The translations under genes were made by a program, and so were the position numbers. Under the pieces are notes generated by a model. That model ran no database searches and was not told where the DNA came from. It saw only the letters and a list, made by a program, of their open reading frames with translations. This document shows positions 36,547 to 43,705 of a DNA stretch of 46,245 nt, piece by piece. Origin of the DNA: Candidatus Saccharimonadota bacterium (GTDB taxonomy: Bacteria; Patescibacteriota; Saccharimonadia; Saccharimonadales; Saccharimonadaceae); assembly GCA_017460045.1 (NCBI GenBank), contig JAFUBU010000056.1, positions 1 through 46,245 on the forward strand. Direction: 5' to 3'. Numbering within the stretch: position 1 is the first letter of the stretch; each line of letters opens with the position of its first letter.

Positions 36547-37257
36547 CTAATTGCTCGAGGAGCTATAATAGGCGGCGTAGAGGCGTTCCATGATTTCGTT
36601 GGACTCTTTACCGAGTTTAATCATTTTTTCGTCATCGAACGGGAGGACGACGAACTTCAACGGGGAGTTGGTCCCGCCGCAGATTTCTTGGTCTTCACCG
36701 TAGGCGAGCTCGCCGGGGATAGTAATTTCGCGGACGCCGCCGAGTTTCATGCCAATCACGCCCTGGTTCCAGCCTTCGATCAGGCCGTTCGCGGCGTAAA
36801 TCGGAGCTTTGAGCGAGGTCGGGTTTTCGGCGTCGTCAAACGAAGAGTCGAAGATCGACTCGTCGGCGCACCAGCCGATGTAGTAGGCGAGATAATCGGT
36901 ATCGTCAGCTTTAAGCTCGCGGCCGGTCCCCTCCTTTAGGTCGGTAGTTTTAAGCCCCTCCGAGTTGGCGGTCGTAGCATTATAACTTTTTACCTGAGAC
37001 TTATAGCCCTTAAAATCGTTGAAGTACTTCGACGAGAGCGTCTCGGCGTATTTGGAAATTTCGTCGGACTTCTTTTGGTACTCTTCTTCGATAGCGGTCA
37101 ACTCGGAATTGTCGCCGTCGGTCGAGTTAGTATTGGAATTTTTATTAGAGAGGACGATAGCGATATAGGTCGCGACAAACGAAAATACCATCAATACCGC
37201 AATAATAATAAATAGAATACGTTGCCTCCAGCTAGTCTTTAGAATATCTTGGTCCAT
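36547..37257 (-). CDS. Membrane-anchored FKBP-type peptidyl-prolyl isomerase
   Basis: N-terminal TM helix; FKBP motifs DLKEGTG, FDSS and LIEGWNQGVIGMKLGGVREITIPGELAYG. Confidence 0.9.
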   Translation of the reverse strand: MDQDILKTSWRQRILFIIIAVLMVFSFVATYIAIVLSNKNSNTNSTDGDNSELTAIEEEYQKKSDEISKYAETLSSKYFNDFKGYKSQVKSYNATTANSEGLKTTDLKEGTGRELKADDTDYLAYYIGWCADESIFDSSFDDAENPTSLKAPIYAANGLIEGWNQGVIGMKLGGVREITIPGELAYGEDQEICGGTNSPLKFVVLPFDDEKMIKLGKESNEIMERLYAAYYSSSSN

Positions 37258-39722
37258 TAAATTATTTCTCCGCTTACGGCCTTACAGGTCTCTTTAGTAA
37301 TTTTGTACATTATATCAGAAACCTCATCGCCGTTCAAGGTACGTTCGGGGTTGTTCAAGAGAAGATGGAAACTCAGATTCTTGGTTTTTTCAAGGTTTTC
37401 TTTAGGTTCGTAAATGGAAACTGGCTCGATTTTGTAAATCAGCCCAGTCTTTACGAGACCACGGTCGAGGGAGTCGTAGACTTTTTCGTACGGAGTATCT
37501 TGGGAGACCTTGATAGTTAAGTCGCGGCTAACGGACGGGAAGCGAGAGAAGCGGAGGTTTTTCGTCTTATTCTCAAGCGAGCGGTCGAGGTAATCGTCGA
37601 GCGTAATTTCGAAGTAGGCGACCGGGCCTTCTAGCTTGAACTTCCTGAGTAAGCTGTTTGCAAGCTGGCTCGTCCCGCACGGGTGTTGCGGGTCCTGCTG
37701 CGCACATCCCCATGAATCGTCGCTTGGGGACCCCGCACCCCAAGCTCCGCTTCTGGGGGCCCCGTGCGCATCACCCGCACCAGCCCGGCGAGGGTCACCA
37801 GCTTGCAATCCTAATTCCTTCATTAACTCAACATAGTAGGCCTTCGCCTTATAGTAGTCGCCAGTGACGGCGAGGGCAAGGTTGGTCTTCATGACCGGGA
37901 CGCCTTCGTTGTTTAGACCGTCGGATTTTTTGGCGACTTGGTTGATTTCGTAGAGGGCAAAATCTTTATAGCCGGCTTTTTGATTTTCTTGGACTTTTTC
38001 AAGAAGGCTCGGAGCGAGCGACTGGCGGAAACATTGGAGCTCCGGGGAAATCGAGTTGACGATTTCGTAAGAGTCTTTCGGGTCTTCGCCGAATTTTTCC
38101 TGGAGCGCTTTCGAGACGAAAGAATAGGTCAAGATTTCGTGGGCGTTTAAGCGGTCCGAAAGAATATCGCGGATACGATTTTTCAAAATACGCATCGGGT
38201 CGTCTCTCGCGCCGACGAAAGGACGAGTCGGGAAAGAGAGCGGGATATTATCGTAGCCGAGGAGGCGGCCGACCTCTTCGATGATGTCTTCTTTAATGTG
38301 TAAGTCCGTGCGCCAATAGGGGACTTTTACGGAGAGACCCTTTGCCCCGAGTTTCTCGCACATAAGCCCGACATTGGCGAGCGTCCTGACGATTAATTCT
38401 TCGGAGTAGTCGGTACCGAGGAGAGAGTTGATGTCGGCAACGGAAACCTCGATTGGAGGGATTTCGATCGGGGCGGGGTAGTAGTCGACGACCTCTAGCG
38501 GCTCGACGCCGAGCTCCTCAACCGCCTCGGAGAGAACGGCGAGAGTCTGGCCGGCGGGCTGGCCCTTAGTGAAGCGAGTAACCGCCTCGGAGAAGATGCC
38601 ATGTTTCATCTGGGTCTTGCGGAGATGATAAAGCGAGAAAGTCGCAGACTCGAGGATGATACAATTCGTCGTCTCGTCAATCGCGGTACTAGCTCCGCCC
38701 ATAGCGCCGGCGAGGGCGACCGGAGTATCGTTGCTAGTAATTAAGATATCATTTTCGTCGCATTCGATAGTTTTACCGTCGAGGAGCTCGAGCTTTTCGC
38801 CGTTTTTGGCGGCGCGGACGATAATTTTCGGCTCTTTAGCACCGCCTACTCTTACGAACTTTTCGTAGTCGAAAGCGTGGAGCGGCTGGCCGGTCTTTAG
38901 CATCAAGATATTAGTCAAGTCGACAATCGGAGAAATCGGGCGCATATCGGCCTTAATTAGGAAGACGTCGTCTTTAGTGAAATACTTTTCGCGCGGGGCG
39001 TCGGCAAAATCGACGACGGCGCAGGAGTAGCGAGGGCAAAGGTCCGAATCTATTATCTCGACGCTCAAGGCTAAAGAACCTCGAGGACGGGAGGCCTCTC
39101 GTCCTTCAAGCCCGCTCGGCTCTTCGAATTTGATACCTAGTATCCCGGCTACTTCGCGAGCGAAGCCAACGAGGCCGAAGCAATCGGGGCGGTGGGTAAG
39201 GGATTTGTTTTCGATATCGAGAATAATGTCGTTTAAGTCGAAGACTTCGGCGAAGGAAGCGCCGGGCTTGACCCCTGGCATCGCCGGGTCGATTTCAATA
39301 ATTCCCTCGTGGTCTTCGCCAAGGGCAAGCTCGTCGGCGGCGGCGAGCATCCCGCTACTCTCATAGCCACGGAGCTTCCTTGAGCCAATTTCAAACGGCT
39401 CGTCCGTCTCGAAAGTCGCCGGGACGACACAGCCAGGGGCGAGCCAAGCGGCGAACATATCGGCATGGACATTCGGAGCGCCACAGACGACCTGGACTAA
39501 ATCTTTCGAGCCGCAGTCGATTTGGCAAAGATGGAGATGGGTATCGGGAATAGGCTCACAGGAGACGACCTTGACGATTTTGACGCCCTTGTACTTTTCG
39601 CTCCAATCTTCCGAACCTTCGACCTCGACGAGACGAGCGCCAATGAGGCGAATAAGCTCCTCGGTCGAGAGGTCTTTCGGAATATCGACGTATTTTTTAA
39701 TTTCATTCAAACTAATTTTCAT
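37257..39722 (-). CDS. pheT: Phenylalanine-tRNA ligase beta subunit carrying an in-frame palindromic segment
   Basis: VVCGAPNV, LTHRPDC, GQPLHAFD, R.DL...DIIEEVGRLLGYDNI and SRFPSVSRDL; follows pheS. Confidence 0.95.
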   Translation of the reverse strand: MKISLNEIKKYVDIPKDLSTEELIRLIGARLVEVEGSEDWSEKYKGVKIVKVVSCEPIPDTHLHLCQIDCGSKDLVQVVCGAPNVHADMFAAWLAPGCVVPATFETDEPFEIGSRKLRGYESSGMLAAADELALGEDHEGIIEIDPAMPGVKPGASFAEVFDLNDIILDIENKSLTHRPDCFGLVGFAREVAGILGIKFEEPSGLEGREASRPRGSLALSVEIIDSDLCPRYSCAVVDFADAPREKYFTKDDVFLIKADMRPISPIVDLTNILMLKTGQPLHAFDYEKFVRVGGAKEPKIIVRAAKNGEKLELLDGKTIECDENDILITSNDTPVALAGAMGGASTAIDETTNCIILESATFSLYHLRKTQMKHGIFSEAVTRFTKGQPAGQTLAVLSEAVEELGVEPLEVVDYYPAPIEIPPIEVSVADINSLLGTDYSEELIVRTLANVGLMCEKLGAKGLSVKVPYWRTDLHIKEDIIEEVGRLLGYDNIPLSFPTRPFVGARDDPMRILKNRIRDILSDRLNAHEILTYSFVSKALQEKFGEDPKDSYEIVNSISPELQCFRQSLAPSLLEKVQENQKAGYKDFALYEINQVAKKSDGLNNEGVPVMKTNLALAVTGDYYKAKAYYVELMKELGLQAGDPRRAGAGDAHGAPRSGAWGAGSPSDDSWGCAQQDPQHPCGTSQLANSLLRKFKLEGPVAYFEITLDDYLDRSLENKTKNLRFSRFPSVSRDLTIKVSQDTPYEKVYDSLDRGLVKTGLIYKIEPVSIYEPKENLEKTKNLSFHLLLNNPERTLNGDEVSDIMYKITKETCKAVSGEII
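37658..37808. repeat. Palindromic element inside the pheT coding sequence
   Basis: Terminal IR TTGCAAGCTGG/CCAGCTTGCAA; nested stems TGCGGGT/ACCCGCA, TGCGCAC/GTGCGCA and GCTTGGGG/CCCCAAGC. Confidence 0.85.
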
Positions 39723-40670
39723 TTAGAATTCCTCCAAAAATTCAAGTTTACCAGATTCGAAGTAGCGGATGTCGGTCAAGCCGTATTTCAACATCACGAG
39801 CCGGTCGATACCGCCGCCCCAGGCGAAGCCCTTGTATTTCTCCGGGTCGATACCGGCGGTCTCCAGAACGTTCGGATGTATCATCCCGCAGCCAAGCATC
39901 TCGAGCCAGCCATCGCCCTTGCCGCCGAGCGACTTCGGCTTTTCAATCAAGAACTCAAGCGAAGGCTCGGTAAAGGGGAAGAAGCCCGGCTGGGTCTTGG
40001 TATTTAATTTCTGGCCGTAGTAGGTCTCGAAGAGGGTTTTTAAGACCCCAAGCATCTGGCCCATAGTCGCGTCTTCGGAGACAAAGACTCCTTCGCATTG
40101 GTAGAAAGTATGTTCGTGGGTCGCATCGGCGTCTTCATTTCGAAAGACGCGTCCGGGGATAACGACGGCGATTTTACCGCCATTCTTTAGTTCGTCCTTA
40201 TACCGCGTAAGAGCGCGATATTGCATCGTCGAAGTATGGGCCGGGGGAATAAAGTTTTCGGCGGTACGGAAAGTATCATAGCCGTCCCGAGCAGGATGTC
40301 CCGCGGGGAAGTTGAGCGAGTCGAACATATGGAACTCATCGTCGAGCTGGCGCGCTTCCATAATATCAAAGCCCATATGAGAATAAATCGAGAGGACGCG
40401 ATTTAATTCGGTCATCAAAGGATGTTTACTACCGAGGTTAAAACGCGGAATCGCGCGGTTCGGCGCGGAAGGGGCGGTCTCGTCGAGCGGCTCCACCTCG
40501 GCGTCCTGCTCGGCGTCAAGGGCGGCCTGGAGCGCTTTTTCAAGCTCGGCGCGTTTTTTATTTAGCTCGCGACCAAACTCGCCACGCTTCTCGGGCGGGA
40601 GGTCTTTAATTTTAGCGTATTCGGCGTTTAGCGCCTTTAGATCTGATTTTATTTTCTCTACACTCAACAT
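39723..40670 (-). CDS. pheS: Phenylalanine-tRNA ligase alpha subunit
   Basis: LNFPAGHPAR, HTSTMQ, GRVFRNE.DATH, FFPFTEPS, WLEMLGCGMIHP and GFAWGGGIDRL. Confidence 0.96.
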   Translation of the reverse strand: MLSVEKIKSDLKALNAEYAKIKDLPPEKRGEFGRELNKKRAELEKALQAALDAEQDAEVEPLDETAPSAPNRAIPRFNLGSKHPLMTELNRVLSIYSHMGFDIMEARQLDDEFHMFDSLNFPAGHPARDGYDTFRTAENFIPPAHTSTMQYRALTRYKDELKNGGKIAVVIPGRVFRNEDADATHEHTFYQCEGVFVSEDATMGQMLGVLKTLFETYYGQKLNTKTQPGFFPFTEPSLEFLIEKPKSLGGKGDGWLEMLGCGMIHPNVLETAGIDPEKYKGFAWGGGIDRLVMLKYGLTDIRYFESGKLEFLEEF

Positions 40671-40698
40671 ACTATAATATATTATAGCACAGATAAGT

Positions 40699-40920
40699 CT
40701 AGATGAAGATAATAATCAGCGAGATAATGGCGAGAATAATCAAAACCGCCCAAACCCAAGCAAAGCGGCCGGTCTTTTTTAGATCCTTCGCGTAGTCACT
40801 ATCTTCGACGTAGTCGGGGTCCATTTCTTTAGATGTCCTTTCCGCGCGTTCGCGCAAATCTGCGTTAATTTGTTTCGTTAGCTCCGTATTGTCGTCTTCT
40901 TTTTGAACCATGATTCCCAT
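40699..40920 (-). CDS. Small C-terminally anchored membrane protein
   Basis: Charged N-terminus and a C-terminal TM helix. Start uncertain (40920 or 40911); the 40956 ATG overlaps the -10 box. Confidence 0.65.
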   Translation of the reverse strand: MGIMVQKEDDNTELTKQINADLRERAERTSKEMDPDYVEDSDYAKDLKKTGRFAWVWAVLIILAIISLIIIFI

Positions 40921-41011
40921 AAAATGTATTACCTTCCATAAATTTTCTATTACCATTATAACACAAGTGTGCTATAATAGTATCAGATTATCAATTTAAC
41001 GTGGAGGTTTT

Positions 41012-42028
41012 ATGGCTAAATCCAAGTCAAAAAAATCCAACGCCAACAAGTCCGAGAAGAAGGACGAGAAGGTGACAGTCGAAGCCGAAAAGGTCAAGAC
41101 TGAGGAGGTTAAAACTGAAGCTTCCGTGCGCGAGGAAAAGGAAGCGAAGCCGACCGAAAAGAAGGCTGAAAAGTGCGCAGAGAAAAAATCATTTAAGGAG
41201 CTAATGAAGGGATTCTTCTCGAAGAAGTATGATACTTCCGAGACTATCCTGACGATTTTCCACCGTCCGCAGATTTACGGTGCGTTGCTCGGCGAGATTA
41301 TCGGTACGATGCTTCTGACGATGACAGTGATCTGTCTCGGGATGACGAACCCGCTATATATTTGGTTCGCGATGGTCGCGATTACCGTAGCGGTCTTTGG
41401 CCTCTCCGGGGCGAATCTTAACCCGCTAATTACCGTCGGGATGATGGCGTCGCGCCGGATGTCCGCGATTCGCGGGGTACTTTATGTACTAGCCCAGATC
41501 GTTGGGGCTTGGCTCGGGATGTTTATCACGACCGGCTTCAAAAACTGGAGCGAAAGTACTACCGAAATGCCGGCGATGGCGGAAGTCGCCGAGGGGACTT
41601 TCTGGCAGCTCGCGATTATCGAGCTCGTTGGGGCGATTATTCTCGCGTTCTTCTTTGCGCGCGCTTGGAAGTATCGCAAGAGCCCGCTCACATTCGGTAT
41701 GATTGTTGGTACCGGTCTCGCCGTGACCATCATCTACGTTTATATCGTTTCCCAAAGCTACTTTGGGCTTTCGAATAACTTCATGATGAACCCGGCGATT
41801 GCCTTAATGTACCAAATTCTACCGTCCGCAGGAGACAACTTCGGCGAGATTATGGGCGGAATTGTCCAAGCTTTGACGATTTACGCGCTCTTCCCGATGG
41901 TCGGCGGCATACTCGGTTTCTACATCGCCGAGTTTACCAGTCGCCTCTCTGGCGAACGCCAGAAATACACGATGCTGTATTTCGCCGGCGATTGCTGTGA
42001 GAAAGATGGCGAGTGCCACAATAACTAA
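41012..42028 (+). CDS. MIP/aquaporin family channel with charged N-terminal extension
   Basis: GEIIGT, SGANLNPL (variant first NPA), IELVG and MNPA; six TM helices; SD GGAGG. Confidence 0.88.
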   Translation: MAKSKSKKSNANKSEKKDEKVTVEAEKVKTEEVKTEASVREEKEAKPTEKKAEKCAEKKSFKELMKGFFSKKYDTSETILTIFHRPQIYGALLGEIIGTMLLTMTVICLGMTNPLYIWFAMVAITVAVFGLSGANLNPLITVGMMASRRMSAIRGVLYVLAQIVGAWLGMFITTGFKNWSESTTEMPAMAEVAEGTFWQLAIIELVGAIILAFFFARAWKYRKSPLTFGMIVGTGLAVTIIYVYIVSQSYFGLSNNFMMNPAIALMYQILPSAGDNFGEIMGGIVQALTIYALFPMVGGILGFYIAEFTSRLSGERQKYTMLYFAGDCCEKDGECHNN

Positions 42029-42037
42029 TCCGTAAAG

Positions 42038-42070
42038 AAAATGAGCCCCGCTAGACGGGGTTCATTTTTT
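42038..42070. terminator. Intrinsic terminator between the MIP gene and metG, probably bidirectional
   Basis: AAA-ATGAGCCCCG-ctaga-CGGGGTTCAT-TTTTT. Confidence 0.8.
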
Positions 42071-42102
42071 AAGGGCGGAGGTCGGCGCTTTTAAGATTTG
42101 AG

Positions 42103-43518
42103 CTAGTTCTTAGGGAAAAGCGGAGTCTCGGGCGGGAGAATCTCGCCAGCGGTAAAGAGCGTTTGGATTTTCGCAGCGACGTCCGGGAGGAAGGGGACGA
42201 GGAGGTTTGCGACCTCGAGGAGATCTTCGACGAGGCTTTTTAGGACGGCGACGGCTCGCTCGGGATCTTGCTTGGCAAGTTCCCAGGGGCGCTCTTCGTC
42301 GATGCGCTTATTAATAGCCTGGACCTTTTCCCAGATATAATCAAAAGCCTTGCTGAAGTAGAGTTCGTCCATATATTTTTCGTAAATTGGGTCGGACGCC
42401 GGTTGGTATTTAAGGCCCTTGACTTGATTTTTCTTGCAGAGAGTCGCGAGGCGCTGGACGAGGTTTCCGAGATCGTTGGCGAGCTCGTTGTTGTAGGCGG
42501 CATCATATTTTTCCCAGGTAAAATCGGCGTCGGCAAAGGTATCGGCATGGCGGAGGAAGTAGTAGCGGAAAGCGGGGAGACCGTATTTATCGAGAACCTC
42601 GAGCGGGTCGACGACGTTGCCGAGGGACTTGCTCATCTTTGCGCCGTTTGTCAGGACAAAACCATGAGACAGGAGAACTTTCGGGAGAGGAAGACCGAGT
42701 CCGAGAAGCATAGCCGGCCAGATAATTGAATGAAATCTTAAGATGTCTTTCCCGACGATTTGAAGGTCGGCGGGCCAAAAGTCACTAATGTCTTTATCAG
42801 GGTAGCCCAGGACGGTAATATAGTTCGATAGTGCGTCCATCCAGACGTACATAACCTGCGTCTCGTCGCCCGGGACGGCGACGCCCCAGCTTAGCTGTTT
42901 CTTCGGCCTTGAAATCGAGACGTCCGGGGTATCTTCGAGGAGTCTTAACATTTCTTTTTTGCGAAACTCGGGAAGGATTTTTAGCTCGTCCTTTTCGATA
43001 GCGGTTTTAATCCGGTCTTTGAAGTCGGAAATTCGTAAATAATAGTTTTCTTCTTCGAGTCGCTCGTAGGGCTTTTGGTGGTCCGGGCAAATACCTTGGT
43101 TTTCGTCGTACTCGTTTTGAGTAACGAAGCGCTCACAGCCTTCGCAATACCAACCTTCGTAGCTATCCTTATAAATATGGCTCTCGAGCTTTTGCCAAAT
43201 TTTTTGGACGCGGGATTCGTGGTCCTTGTCGGTAGTACGGATAAAATCGGTGTATTCGACGCCGAGTTTCTTGATAAAATCTTGGAATTTTTTGGAATTT
43301 TCAGCGACATATTCCTCGACCTTTTGGCCGTTTTCGGTCGCTTTTTTGAAGATCTTATTACCATGCTCGTCGGTCCCGGCCTGGAAGCGGACGGTATTTC
43401 CCTTTTGTTGCTGGTAGCGAGCGTAGACGTCGGCGAGGAGGTAGTCGCACGCATGGCCGATATGCGGCGCGCCGTTAACGTAAGGAATCGCAGTAGTTAA
43501 GTAGATATTCTTTGACAT
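42103..43518 (-). CDS. metG: Methionine-tRNA ligase (short form)
   Basis: YLTTAIPYVNGAPHIGH, GTDEHG, YVWMDAL, GKDILRFH and KMSKS. Start set to ATG 43518, 6 nt after TATAAT. Confidence 0.96.
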   Translation of the reverse strand: MSKNIYLTTAIPYVNGAPHIGHACDYLLADVYARYQQQKGNTVRFQAGTDEHGNKIFKKATENGQKVEEYVAENSKKFQDFIKKLGVEYTDFIRTTDKDHESRVQKIWQKLESHIYKDSYEGWYCEGCERFVTQNEYDENQGICPDHQKPYERLEEENYYLRISDFKDRIKTAIEKDELKILPEFRKKEMLRLLEDTPDVSISRPKKQLSWGVAVPGDETQVMYVWMDALSNYITVLGYPDKDISDFWPADLQIVGKDILRFHSIIWPAMLLGLGLPLPKVLLSHGFVLTNGAKMSKSLGNVVDPLEVLDKYGLPAFRYYFLRHADTFADADFTWEKYDAAYNNELANDLGNLVQRLATLCKKNQVKGLKYQPASDPIYEKYMDELYFSKAFDYIWEKVQAINKRIDEERPWELAKQDPERAVAVLKSLVEDLLEVANLLVPFLPDVAAKIQTLFTAGEILPPETPLFPKN

Positions 43519-43685
43519 GATGTTATTATATAACAGATAGGAGATTGGCGCAAGCAGGGGCGCCACCTGATTTTACGGTAAAAAGCCAAAACCCCGGCGC
43601 GTTACCCGTTTTTGCCCAAAATGAGCACTTGGCGAAAGTCCTGGTTAATTATTGCTTTTCGGTACCCGAGGCTCCGCCCGGCGGA

Positions 43686-43705
43686 AAGCGCGCTATGGCG
43701 CGCTT
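43686..43705. other. Perfect hairpin over the stop codon, candidate DGR target-recognition stem-loop
   Basis: AAGCGCGC-TATG-GCGCGCTT (8-bp stem, 4-nt loop) directly after the SVRCV-encoding sequence. Confidence 0.55.
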
